From the human T2T-CHM13v2.0 reference genome, Homo sapiens, in NCBI RefSeq assembly GCF_009914755.1, contig NC_060926.1: a DNA stretch of 64,000 nucleotides. One strand, 5' to 3'. Each line of letters starts with the position of its first letter. Positions within the stretch are counted from its first letter, which is position 1. This document shows, one piece after another, positions 51,153 through 64,000 of the stretch. The notes under the pieces are model-generated. The model had not been told where the DNA came from and ran no database searches. It saw only the letters and a list, made by a program, of their open reading frames with translations. The position numbers and the translations under genes are program-made.

Positions 51153-51999
51153 TCTAGACAGAAGCATTCTGAGAAGCTTCATTGGGATGTTTCAATTGAA
51201 GTCACAGTGTTGAACAGTTCCTTTCATAGAACAGGTTTGAAACACTCTTTTTGTAGTATCTGGAAGTGGACATTTGGAGCGCTCTCAGGACTGCGGTGAA
51301 AAAGGAAATATCTTCCAATAAAAGCTACATAGAAGCAATGTCAGAAACTTTTTCATGATGTATCTACTCAGCTAACAGAGTTGAACCTTTCCTTTCAGAG
51401 AGCAGTTTTGAAACACTCTTTTTGTGGAATCTGCAAGTGGATATTTGTCTAGCTTTGAGGATTTCGTTGGAAACGGGATTACATATAAAAAGCAGACAGC
51501 AGCATTCCCAGAAACTTCTTTGTGATGTTTGCATTCACGTCACAGAGTTGAACATTCCCTTTCATAGAGCAGGTTTGAAACACTCTTTTTGTAGTATCTG
51601 GATGTGGACATTTGGAGCGCTTTCAGGCCTATGGTGAAAAAGGAAATATCTTCCAATAAAAGCTACATAGAAGCAATGTCAGAAACTTTTTCATGATGTA
51701 TCTACTCAGCTAACAGAGTTGAACCTTTCTTTTGAGAGAGCAGTTTTGAAACACTCTTTTTGTGGAATCTGGAAGTGGATATTTGTCTAGCTTTGAGGAT
51801 TTCGTTGGAAACGGGATTACATATAAAAAGCAGACAGCAGCATTCCCAGTAACTTCTTTGTGATGTTTGCATTCAAGTCACAGAGTTGAACATTCCCTTT
51901 CATAGAGCAGGTTTGAAACACTCTTTTTGTAATATCTGCAAGAGGATATTTGGATAGCTTTGAGGAATTCGTTGGAAACGGGATTGTCTTCATATAAAC
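51153..51999 (+). repeat. Odd-numbered 5-mer HOR variant (847 bp), copy 2
   Basis: XbaI sites at 51153 and 52000. The same junction lies at 51912-51931. Confidence 0.92.
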
Positions 52000-54373
52000 T
52001 CTAGACAGAAGCATTCTCAGAAGCTTCATTGGGATGTTTCAATTGAAGTTGCAGTGTTGAACAGTCCCTTTCATAGAGCAGGTTTGAAACACTCTTTTTG
52101 TAGTATCTGGATGTGGACATTTGGAGCGCTTTCAGGCCTATGGTTTAAAAGGAAATATCTTCCCCTGAAAACTAGACAGAAGCATTCTCAGAAACTTATT
52201 TGTGATGTGCGCCCTCAACTAAGAGTGTTGAAGCATTCTTTTGATAGAGCAGTTTTGAAACACTCTTTTTGTGGAATCTGCAAGTGGATATTTGTCTAGC
52301 TTTGAGGATTTCGTTGGAAACGGGATTACATATAAAAAGCAGACAGCAGCATTCCCAGAAACTTCTTTGTGATGTTTGCATTCACGTCACAGAGTTGAAC
52401 ATTCCCTTTCATAGAGCAGGTTTGAAACACTCTTTTTGTAGTATCTGGATGTGGACATTTGGAGCGCTTTCAGGCCTATGGTGAAAAAGGAAATATCTTC
52501 CCCTGAAAACTAGACAGAAGCATTCTCAGAAACTTATTTGTGATGTGCGCCCTCAACTAACAGTGTTGAAGCTTTCTTTTGATAGAGCAGTTTTGAAACA
52601 CTCTTTTTGTAATATCTGCAAGAGGATATTTGTCTAGCTTTGAGGATTTCGTTGGAAACGGGATTACATATAAAAAGCAGACAGCAGCATTCCCAGAATC
52701 TTGTTTGTGATGTTTGCATTCAAGTCACAGAGTTGAACATTCCCTTTCAGAGAGCAGGTTTGAAACACTCTTTTTATAGTATCTGGATGTGGACATTTGG
52801 AGCGCTTTCAGGCCTATGGTGAAAAAGGAAATATCTTCTCCTGAAAACTAGACAGAAGCATTCTCAGAATCTTATTTGTGATGTGCGCCCTCAACTAACA
52901 GTGTTGAAGCTTTCTTTTGATAGAGCAGTTTTGAAACACTCTTTTCGTAAAATCTGCAAGAGGATATTTGGATAGCTTTGAGGATTTCGTTGGAAACGGG
53001 ATTGTCTTCATATAAACTCTAGACAGAAGCATTCTCAGAAGCTTCATTGGGATGTTTCAATTGAAGTCACAGTGTTGAACAGTCCCTTTCATAGAGCAGG
53101 TTTGAAACACTCTTTTTGTAGTATCTGGAAGTGGACATTTGGAACGCTCTCAGGACTGCGTTGAAAAAGGAAATATCTTCCAATAAAAGCTAGATAGAAG
53201 CAATGTCAGAAACTTTTTCATGATGTATCTACTCAGCTAACAGAGTTGAACCTTCGTTTGAGAGAGCAGTTTTGAAACACTCGTTTTGTGGAATCTGCAA
53301 GTGGATATTTGTCTAGCTTTGAGGATTTCGTTGGAAACGGGATTACATATAAAAAGCAGACAGCAGCATTCCCAGAAACTTCTTTGTGATGTTTGCATTC
53401 AAGTCACAGAGTTGAACATTCCCTTTCATAGAGCAGGTTTGAAACACTCTTTTTGTAGTATCTGGATGTGGACATTTGCAGCGCTTTCAGGCATAAGGTG
53501 AAAAAGGAAATATCTTCCCCTGAAAACTAGACAGAAGCATTCTCAGAAACTTATTTGTGATGTGCGCCCTCAACTAACAGTGTTGAACCTTTCTTTTGAT
53601 AGAGCAGTTTTGAAACACTCTTTTTGTAATATCTGCAAGAGGATATTTGGATAGCATTGAGGATTTCTTTGGAAACGGGATTGTCTTCATATAAACTCTA
53701 GACAGAAGCATTCTCAGAAGCTTCATTGGGATGTTTCAATTGAAGTCACAGTGTTGAACAGTCCCTTTCATAGAGCAGGTTTGAAACACTCTTTTTGTAG
53801 TATCTGGAAGTGGACATTTGGAGAGATCTCAGGAATACGGTGATAAAGGAAATATCTTCCAATAAAAGCTAGATAGAAGCAATGTCAGAAACTTTTTCAT
53901 GATGTATCTACTCAGCTAACAGAGTTGAACCTTCCTTTGAGAGAGCAGTTTTGAAACACTCTTTTTGTGGAATCTGCAAGTGGATATTTGTCTAGCTTTG
54001 AGGATTTCGTTGGAAACGGGTTACATATAAAAAGCAGACAGCAGCATTCCCAGAAACTTCTTTGTGTTGTTTGCATTCAAGTCACAGAGTTGAAGATTCC
54101 CTTTCATAGAGCAGGTTTGAAACACTCTTTTTGTAGTATCTGGATGTGGACATTTGCAGCGCTTTCAGGCCTAAGGTGAAAAAGGAAATATCTTCCCCTG
54201 AAAACTAGACAGAAGCATTCTCAGAAACTTATTTGTGATGTGCGCCCTCAACTAACAGTGTTGAAGCTTTCTTTTGATAGAGCAGTTTTGAAACACTCTT
54301 TTTGTAATATCTGCAAGAGGATATTTGGATAGCTTTGAGGATTTCGTTGGAAACGGGATTGTCTTCATATAAA

Positions 54374-57300
54374 CTCTAGACAGAAGCATTCTCAGAAGCT
54401 TCATTGGGATGTTTCAATTGAAGTTACAGTGTTGAACAGTCCCTTTCATAGAGCAGGTTTGAAACACTCTTTTTGTAGTATCTGGATGTGGACATTTGGA
54501 GCGCTTTCAGGCCTATGGTTTAAAAGGAAATATCTTCCCCTGAAAACTAGACAGAAGCATTCTCAGAAACTTATTTGTGATGTGCGCCCTCAACTAACGG
54601 TGTTGAACCTTTCTTTTGATACAGCAGTTTTGAAACACTCTTTTTGTAATATCTGCAAGAGGATATTTGGATAGCTTTGATGATTTCGTTGGAAACGGGA
54701 TTAATTATAAAAAGCCGACAGCAGCATTCCCAGAATCTTGTTTGTGATGTTTGCATTCAAGTCACAGAGTTGAACATTCCCTTTCAGAGAGCAGGTTTGA
54801 AACACTCTTTTTATAGTATCTGGATGTGGACATTTGGAGCGCTTTCAGGCCTATGGTGAAAAAGGAAATATCTTCTCCTGAAAACTAGACAGAAGCTTTC
54901 TCAGAATCTTATTTGTGATGTGCGCCCTCAACTAACAGTGTTGAAGCTTTCTTTTGATAGAGCAGTTTTGAAACACTCTTTTTGTAAAATCTGCAAGAGG
55001 ATATTTGGATAGCTTTGAGGATTTCGTTGGAAACGGGATTGTCTTCATATAAACTCTAGACAGAAGCATTCTCAGAAGCTTCATTGGGATGTTTCAATTG
55101 AAGTCACAGTGTTGAACAGTCCCTTTCATAGAGCAGGTTTGAAACACTCTTTTTGTAGTATCTGGAAGTGGACATTTGGAGAGATCTCAGGAATACGGTG
55201 ATAAAGGAAATATCTTCCAATAAAAGCTAGATAGAAGCAATGTCAGAAACTTTTTCATGATGTATCTACTCAGCTAACAGAGTTGAACCTTTCTTTTGAG
55301 AGAGCAGTTTTGAAACACTCTTTTTGTGGAATCTGCAAGTGGATATTTGTCTAGCTTTGAGGATTTCGTTGGAAACGGGATTACATATAAAAAGCAGACA
55401 GCAGCATTCCCAGTAACTTCTTTGTGATGTTTGCATTCAAGTCACAGAGTTGAACATTCCCTTTCATAGAGCAGGTTTGAAACACTTTTTTTGTAGTATC
55501 TGGATGTGGACATTTGGAGCGCTTTCAGGCCTATGGTGAAAAAGGAAATATCTTCCCCAGAAAACTAGACAGAAGCATTCTCAGAATCTTATTTGTGATG
55601 TGCGCCCTCAACTAACAGTGTTGAAGCTTTCTTTTGATAGAGCAGTTTTGAAACACACTTTTCGTAAAATCTGCAAGAGGATATTTTGATAGCTTTGAGG
55701 ATTTCGTTGGAAACGGGATTGTCTTCATATAAACTCTAGACAGAAGCATTCTCAGAAGCTTCATTGGGATGTTTCAATTAAAGTCACAGTGTTGAACAGT
55801 CCCTTTCATAGAGCAGGTTTGAAACACTCTTTTTGTAGTATCTGGAAGTGGACATTTGGAGCGCTCTCAGGACTGCGGTGAAAAAGGAAATATCTTCCAA
55901 TAAAAGCTAGATAGAAGCAATGTCAGAAACTTTTTCATGATGTATCTACTCAGCTAACAGAGTTGAACCTTCCTTTGAGAGAGCAGTTTTGAAACACTCT
56001 TTTTGTGGAATCTGCAAGTGGATATTTGTCTAGCTTTGAGGATTTCGTTGGAAACGGGTTACATATAAAAAGCAGACAGCAGCATTCCCAGAAACTTCTT
56101 TGTGTTGTTTGCATTCAAGTCACAGAGTTGAACATTCCCTTTCATAGAGCAGGTTTGAAACACTCTTTTTGTAGTATCTGGATGTGGACATTTGCAGCGC
56201 TTTCAGGCCTAAGGTGAAAAAGGAAATATCTTCCCCTGAAAACTAGACAGAAGCATTCTCAGAAACTTATTTGTGATGTGCGCCCTCAACTAACAGTGTT
56301 GAAGCTTTCTTTTGATAGAGCAGTTTTGAAACACTCTTTTTGTAATATCTGCAAGAGGATATTTGGATAGCTTTGAGGATTTCGTTGGAAACGGGATTGT
56401 CTTCATATAAACTCTAGACAGAAGCATTCTCAGAAGCTTCATTGGGATGTTTCAATTGAAGTTACAGTGTTGAACAGTCCCTTTCATAGAGCAGGTTTGA
56501 AACACTCTTTTTGTAGTATCTGGATGTGGACATTTGGAGCGCTTTCAGGCCTATGGTTTAAAAGGAAATATCTTCCCCTGAAAACTAGACAGAAGCATTC
56601 TCAGAAACTTATTTGTGATGTGCGCCCTCAACTAACGGTGTTGAACCTTTCTTTTGATACAGCAGTTTTGAAACACTCTTTTTGTAATATCTGCAAGAGG
56701 ATATTTGGATAGCTTTGATGATTTCGTTGGAAACGGGATTAATTATAAAAAGCCGACAGCAGCATTCCCAGAATCTTGTTTGTGATGTTTGCATTCAAGT
56801 CACAGAGTTGAACATTCCCTTTCAGAGAGCAGGTTTGAAACACTCTTTTTATAGTATCTGGATGTGGACATTTGGAGCGCTTTCAGGCCTATGGTGAAAA
56901 AGGAAATATCTTCTCCTGAAAACTAGACAGAAGCTTTCTCAGAATCTTATTTGTGATGTGCGCCCTCAACTAACAGTGTTGAAGCTTTCTTTTGATAGAG
57001 CAGTTTTGAAACACTCTTTTTGTAAAATCTGCAAGAGGATATTTGGATAGCTTTGAGGATTTCGTTGGAAACGGGATTGTCTTCATATAAACTCTAGACA
57101 GAAGCATTCTCAGAAGCTTCATTGGGATGTTTCAATTGAAGTCACAGTGTTGAACAGTCCCTTTCATAGAGCAGGTTTGAAACACTCTTTTTGTAGTATC
57201 TGGAAGTGGACATTTGGAGAGATCTCAGGAATACGGTGATAAAGGAAATATCTTCCAATAAAAGCTAGATAGAAGCAATGTCAGAAACTTTTTCATGATG

Positions 57301-58449
57301 TATCTACTCAGCTAACAGAGTTGAACCTTTCTTTTGAGAGAGCAGTTTTGAAACACTCTTTTTGTGGAATCTGCAAGTGGATATTTGTCTAGCTTTGAGG
57401 ATTTCGTTGGAAACGGGATTACATATAAAAAGCAGACAGCAGCATTCCCAGTAACTTCTTTGTGATGTTTGCATTCAAGTCACAGAGTTGAACATTCCCT
57501 TTCATAGAGCAGGTTTGAAACACTTTTTTTGTAGTATCTGGATGTGGACATTTGGAGCGCTTTCAGGCCTATGGTGAAAAAGGAAATATCTTCCCCAGAA
57601 AACTAGACAGAAGCATTCTCAGAATCTTATTTGTGATGTGCGCCCTCAACTAACAGTGTTGAAGCTTTCTTTTGATAGAGCAGTTTTGAAACACACTTTT
57701 CGTAAAATCTGCAAGAGGATATTTTGATAGCTTTGAGGATTTCGTTGGAAACGGGATTGTCTTCATATAAACTCTAGACAGAAGCATTCTCAGAAGCTTC
57801 ATTGGGATGTTTCAATTAAAGTCACAGTGTTGAACAGTCCCTTTCATAGAGCAGGTTTGAAACACTCTTTTTGTAGTATCTGGAAGTGGACATTTGGAGC
57901 GCTCTCAGGACTGCGGTGAAAAAGGAAATATCTTCCAATAAAAGCTAGATAGAAGCAATGTCAGAAACTTTTTCATGATGTATCTACTCAGCTAACAGAG
58001 TTGAACCTTCCTTTGAGAGAGCAGTTTTGAAACACTCTTTTTGTGGAATCTGCAAGTGGATATTTGTCTAGCTTTGAGGATTTCGTTGGAAACGGGTTAC
58101 ATATAAAAAGCAGACAGCAGCATTCCCAGAAACTTCTTTGTGTTGTTTGCATTCAAGTCACAGAGTTGAACATTCCCTTTCATAGAGCAGGTTTGAAACA
58201 CTCTTTTTGTAGTATCTGGATGTGGACATTTGCAGCGCTTTCAGGCCTAAGGTGAAAAAGGAAATATCTTCCCCTGAAAACTAGACAGAAGCATTCTCAG
58301 AAACTTATTTGTGATGTGCGCCCTCAACTAACAGTGTTGAAGCTTTCTTTTGATAGAGCAGTTTTGAAACACTCTTTTTGTAAAATCTGCAAGAGGATAT
58401 TTGGATAGCTTTGAGGATTTCGTTGGAAACGGGATTGTCTTCATATAAA
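54374..58449 (+). repeat. Two tandem copies of the 2038 bp 12-mer (approximate ends)
   Basis: Markers 54429/56467 and 56005/58043. Confidence 0.88.
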
Positions 58450-61400
58450 CTCTAGACAGAAGCATTCTCAGAAGCTTCATTGGGATGTTTCAATTGAAGT
58501 CACAGTGTTGAACAGTCCTTTCATAGAGCAGGTTTGAAACACTCTTTTTGTAGTATCTGGAAGTGGACATTTGGAACGCTCTCAGGACTGCGGTGAAAAA
58601 GGAAATATCTTCCAATAAAAGCTAGATAGAAGCAATGTCAGAAACTTTTTCATGATGTATCTACTCAGCTAACAGAGTTGAACCTTCATTTGAGAGAGCA
58701 GTTTTGAAACACTCGTTTTGTGGAATCTGCAAGTGGATATTTGTCTAGCTTTGAGGATTTCGTTGGAAACGGGATTACATATAAAAAGCAGACAGCAGCA
58801 TTCCCAGAAACTTCTTTGTGATGTTTGCATTCAAGTCACAGAGTTGAACATTCCCTTTCATAGAGCAGGTTTGAAACACTCTTTTTGTAGTATCTGGATG
58901 TGGACATTTGCAGCGCTTTCAGGCCAAAGGTGAAAAAGGAAATATCTTCCCCTGAAAACTAGACAGAAGCATTCTCAGAAACTTATTTGTGATGTGCGCC
59001 CTCAACTAACAGTGTTGAAGCTTTCTTTTGATAGAGCAGTTTTGAAACACTCTTTTTGTAATATCTGCAAGAGGATATTTGGATAGCTTTGAGGATTTCG
59101 TTGGAAACGGGATTAATTATAAAAAGCAGACAGCAGCATTCCCAGAATCTTGTTTGTGATGTTTGCATTCAAGTCACAGAGTTGAACATTCCCTTTCAGA
59201 GAGCAGGTTTGAAACACTCTTTTTATAGTATCTGGATGTGGACATTTGGAGCGCTTTCGGGCCTATGGTGAAAAAGGAAATATCTTCTCCTGAAAACTAG
59301 ACAGAAGCATTCTCAGAATCTTATTGGTGATGTGCGCCCTCAACTAACAGTGTTGAAGCTTTCTTTTGATAGAGCAGTTTTGAAACACTCTTTTCGTAAA
59401 ATCTGCAAGAGGATATTTGGATAGCTTTGAGGATTTCGTTGGAAACGGGATTGTCTTCATATAAACTCTAGACAGAAGCATTCTCAGAAGCGTCATTGGG
59501 ATGTTTCAATTGAAGTCACAGTGTTGAACAGTCCCTTTCATAGAGCAGGTTTGAAACACTCTTTTTGTAGTATCTGGAAGTGGACATTAGGAACGCTCTC
59601 AGGACTGCGTTGAAAAAGGAAATATCTTCCAATAAAAGCTAGATAGAAGCAATGTCAGAAACTTTTTCATGATGTATCTACTCAGCTAACAGAGTTGAAC
59701 CTTCATTTGAGAGAGCAGTTTTGAAACACTCGTTTTGTGGAATCTGCAAGTGGATATTTGTCTAGCTTTGAGGATTTCGTTGGAAACGGGATTACATATA
59801 AAAAGCAGACAGCAGCATTCCCAGAAACTTCTTTGTGATGTTTGCATTCAAGTCACAGAGTTGAACATTCCCTTTCATAGAGCAGGTTTGAAACACTCTT
59901 TTTGTAGTATCTGGATGTGGACATTTGCAGCGCTTTCAGGCATAAGGTGAAAAAGGAAATATCTTCCCCTGAAAACTAGACAGAAGCATTCTCAGAAACT
60001 TATTTGTGATGTGCGCCCTCAACTAACAGTGTTGAGGCTTTCTTTTGATAGAGCAGTTTTGAAACACTCTTTTTGTAATATCTGCAAGAGGATATTTGGA
60101 TAGCTTTGAGGATTTCGTTGGAAACGGGATTGTCTTCATATAAACTCCAGACAGAAGCATTCCCAGAAGCTTCATTGGGATGTTTCAATTGAAGTCACAG
60201 TGTTGAACAGTTCCTTTCATAGAACAGGTTTGAAACACTCTTTTTGTAGTATCTGGAAGTGGACATTTGGAGCGCTCTCAGGACTATGGTGAAAAAGGAA
60301 ATATCTTCCAATAAAAGCTACATAGAAGCAATGTCAGAAACTTTTTCATGATGTATCTACTCAGCTAACAGAGTTGCACCTTTCCTTTGAGAGAGCAGTT
60401 TTGAAACACTCTTTTTGTGGAATCTGCAAGTGGATATTTGTCGAGCTTTGAGGATTTCGTTGGAAACGGGATTACATATAAAAAGCAGACAGCAGCATTC
60501 CCAGTAACTTCTTTGTGATGTTTGCATTCAAGTCACAGAGTTGAACATTCCCTTTCATAGAGCAGGTTTGAAACACTCTTTTTGTAGTATCTGGATGTGG
60601 ACATTTGGAGCGCTTTCAGGCCTATGGTGAAAAAGGAAATATCTTCCCCTGAAAACTAGACAGAAGCATTCTCAGAAACTTATTTGTGATGTGCGCCCTC
60701 AACTAACAGTGTTGAACCTTTCTTTTGATAGAGCAGTTTTGAAACACTCTTTTTGTAATATCTGCAAGAGGATATTTGGATAGCTTTGAGGATTTCGTTG
60801 GAAACGGGATTACATATAAAAAGCAGACAGCAGCATTCCCAGAATCTTGTTTGTGATGTTTGCATTCAAGTCACAGAGTTGAACATTCCCTTTCAGAGAG
60901 CAGGTTTGAAACACTCTTTTTATAGTATCTGGATGTGGACATTTGGAGCGCTTTCAGGCCTATGGTGAAAAAGGAAATATCTTCTCCTGTAAACTAGACA
61001 GAAGCATTCTCAGAATCTTATTTGTGATGTGCGCCCTCAACTAACAGTGTTGAAGGTTTCTTTTGATAGAGCAGTTTTGAAACACTCTTTTCGTAAAATC
61101 TGCAAGAGGATATTTTGATAGCTTTGAGGATTTCGTTGGGAACGGGATTGTCTTCATATAAACTCTAGACAGAAGCATTCTCAGAAGCTTCATTGGGATG
61201 TTTCAATTGAAGTCACAGTGTTGAACAGTCCCTTTCATAGAGCAGGTTTGAAACACTCTTTTTGTAGTATCTGGAAGTGGACATTTGGAGAGATCTCAGG
61301 AATACGGTGATAAAGGAAATATCTTCCAATAAAAGCTAGATAGAAGCAATGTCAGAAACTTTTTCATGATGTATCTACTCAGCTAACAGAGTTGAACCTT

Positions 61401-64000
61401 TCTTTTGAGAGAGCAGTTTTGAAACACTCTTTTTGTGGAATCTGCAAGTGGATATTTGTCTAGCTTTGAGGATTTCATTGGAAACGGGATTACATTTAAA
61501 AAGCAGACAGCAGCATTCCCAGTAACTTCTTTGTGATGTTTGCATTCAAGTCACAGAGTTGAACATTCCCTTTCATAGAGCAGGTTTGAAACACTTTTTT
61601 TGTAGTATCTGGATGTGGACATTTGGAGCGCTTTCAGGCCTATGGTGAAAAAGGAAATATCTTCCAATAAAAGCTACATAGAAGCAATGTCAGAAACTTT
61701 TTCATGATATATCTACTCAACTAACAGAGTTGAACCTTTCTTTTGATAGAGCAGTTTTGAAACACTCTTTTTGTGGAATCTGGAAGTGGATATTTGTCTA
61801 GCTTTGAGGATTTCGTTGGAAACGGGATTACATATAAAAAGCAGACAGCAGCATTCCCAGTAACTTCTTTGTGATGTTTGCATTCAAGTCACAGAGTTGA
61901 ACATTCCCTTTCATAGAGCAGGTTTAAAACACTCTTTTTGTAGTATCTGGATGTGGACATTTGGAGCGCTTTCAGGCCTATGGTGAAAAAGGAAATATCT
62001 TCCCCAGAAAACTAGACAGAAGCATTCTCAGAATCTTATTTGTGATGTGCGCCCTCAACTAACAGTGTTGAAGCTTTCTTTTGATAGAGCAGTTTTGAAA
62101 CACACTTTTCGTAAAATCTGCAAGAGGATATTTTGATAGCTTTGAGGATTTCGTTGGAAACGGGATTGTCTTCATATAAACTCTAGACAGAAGCATTCTC
62201 AGAAGCTTCATTGGGATGTTTCAATTGAAGTCACAGTGTTGAACAGTCCCTTTCATAGAGCAGGTTTGAAACACTCTTTTTGTAGTATCTGGAAGTGGAC
62301 ATTTGGAGAGATCTCAGGAATACGGTGATAAAGGAAATATCTTCCAATAAAAGCTAGATAGAAGCAATGTCAGAAACTTTTTCATGATGTATCTACTCAG
62401 CTAACAGAGTTGAACCTTTCTTTTGAGAGAGCAGTTTTGAAACACTCTTTTTGTGGAATCTGCAAGTGGATATTTGTCTAGCTTTGAGGATTTCGTTGGA
62501 AACGGGATTACATATAAAAAGCAGACAGCAGCATTCCCAGAAACTTCTTTGTGATGTTTGCATTCAAGTCACAGAGTTGAACATTCCCTTTCATAGAGCA
62601 GGTTTGAAACACTCTTTTTGTAGTATCTGGATGTGGACATTTGGAGCGCTTTCAGGCCTATGGTGAAAAAGGAAATATCTTCCCCTGAAAACTAGACAGA
62701 AGCATTCTCAGAAACTTATTTGTGATGTGCGCCCTGAACTAACAGTGTTGAAGCTTTCTTTTGATAGAGCAGTTTTGAAACACTCTTTTTGTAATATCTG
62801 CAAGAGGATATTTGGATAGCTTTGAGGATTTCGTTGGAAACGGGATTGTCTTCATATAAACTCTAGACAGAAGCATTCTGAGAAGCTTCATTGGGATGTT
62901 TCAATTGAAGTCACAGTGTTGAACAGTTCCTTTCATAGAACAGGTTTGAAACACTCTTTTTGTAGTATCTGGAAGTGGACATTTGGAGCGCTCTCAGGAC
63001 TGCGGTGAAAAAGGAAATATCTTCCAATAAAAGCTACATAGAAGCAATGTCAGAAACTTTTTCATGATGTATCTACTCAGCTAACAGAGTTGAACCTTTC
63101 CTTTCAGAGAGCAGTTTTGAAACACTCTTTTTGTGGAATCTGCAAGTGGATATTTGTCTAGCTTTGAGGATTTCGTTGGAAACGGGATTACATATAAAAA
63201 GCAGACAGCAGCATTCCCAGAAACTTCTTTGTGATGTTTGCATTCACGTCACAGAGTTGAACATTCCCTTTCATAGAGCAGGTTTGAAACACTCTTTTTG
63301 TAGTATCTGGATGTGGACATTTGGAGCGCTTTCAGGCCTATGGTGAAAAAGGAAATATCTTCCAATAAAAGCTACATAGAAGCAATGTCAGAAACTTTTT
63401 CATGATGTATCTACTCAGCTAACAGAGTTGAACCTTTCTTTTGAGAGAGCAGTTTTGAAACACTCTTTTTGTGGAATCTGGAAGTGGATATTTGTCTAGC
63501 TTTGAGGATTTCGTTGGAAACGGGATTACATATAAAAAGCAGACAGCAGCATTCCCAGTAACTTCTTTGTGATGTTTGCATTCAAGTCACAGAGTTGAAC
63601 ATTCCCTTTCATAGAGCAGGTTTGAAACACTCTTTTTGTAGTATCTGGATGTGGACATTTGGAGCGCTTTCAGGCCTATGGTGAAAAAGGAAATATCTTC
63701 CCCAGAAAACTAGACAGAAGCATTCTCAGAATCTTATTTGTGATGTGCGCCCTCAACTAACAGTGTTGAAGCTTTCTTTTGATAGAGCAGTTTTGAAACC
63801 CTCTTTTCGTAAAATCTGCAAGAGGATATTTTGATAGCTTTGAGGATTTCGTTGGAAACGGGATTGTCTTCATATAAACTCTAGACAGAAGCATTCTCAG
63901 AAGCTTCATTGGGATGTTTCAATTAAAGTCACAGTGTTGAACAGTCCCTTTCATAGAGCAGGTTAGAAACACTCTTTTTGTAGTATCTGGAAGTGGACAT

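Larger units (their letters stand above)
1..64000 (+). repeat. Centromeric alpha-satellite HOR array (SF2 type, base 4-mer of ~680 bp), most likely human chr2 D2Z1 (S2C2H1L)
   Basis: Continuous head-to-tail ~167-171 bp monomers carry alphoid hallmarks (CATTCTCAGAAAC, TTTGAAACACTCTTTTTGT) and a CENP-B box in every second monomer. XbaI TCTAGA occurs once per 4-mer (419, 1098). Alpha-satellite identity is essentially certain. The D2Z1 assignment rests on the known 680 bp XbaI 4-mer and recalled sequence (about 0.85). Confidence 0.98.
42631..64000 (+). repeat. Super-repeat unit 3 (partial; predicted length 23244 bp)
   Basis: Offsets to unit 2 are 26299 (21732/48031 through 31744/58043) and then 23244 (36491/59735, 39887/63131). 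Confidence 0.8.

Noticed and set aside
41-63346. More than 100 short 60-81 aa ORFs on both strands
   Set aside because: They are recurring translations of alpha-satellite monomers. The plus-strand ones start at TTG/GTG, they appear or vanish with single SNVs or 1 bp indels, and they show no gene context. I used them only as positional markers.
1-64000. CRISPR-like or prokaryotic repeat-spacer system
   Set aside because: The sequence between conserved motifs is itself repeated monomer, with no unique spacers and no cas or other genes.
1-64000. Transposon insertion (L1/Alu), inversion or unique-sequence island
   Set aside because: I saw no poly-A tail, non-alphoid stretch or reverse-oriented CENP-B box on reading. 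A very short insertion could escape the eye.
1-64000. Calling this window the kinetochore site or centromere dip region
   Set aside because: That requires CENP-A or methylation data. Sequence homogeneity shows only that this is a live-type array.

Overview
The whole 64 kb window is one uninterrupted, single-orientation array of primate centromeric alpha satellite: about 375 monomers of ~170 bp. CENP-B-box monomers alternate with pJ-alpha-type monomers, and the base unit is a 4-monomer, ~680 bp higher-order repeat (HOR) with one XbaI site. This matches the human chromosome 2 live array D2Z1 (suprachromosomal family 2), an assignment made from recall rather than a database search. I see no genes, RNA genes, transposon insertions, inversions or CRISPR arrays, and all ORFs in the track are translations of the satellite. 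I found no new gene system. What is worth attention is the architecture. (1) 4-, 6- and 8-mer HOR variants are built from hybrid monomers. (2) These are organised into a 17-26 kb super-repeat with anchors at 41, 17348 and 42631. (3) Recent local tandem duplications of 338, 1017 and 2038 bp can be bracketed by private SNVs. (4) An out-of-register 3223 bp (19-monomer) deletion makes an 847 bp 5-mer with two CENP-B boxes 167 bp apart; it is present twice. Monomer labels used below are my own: a = AAGCTTCATTGG head, b = CAATGTCAG head, c = CATTCCCAG head, d = GTGCGCCC head.
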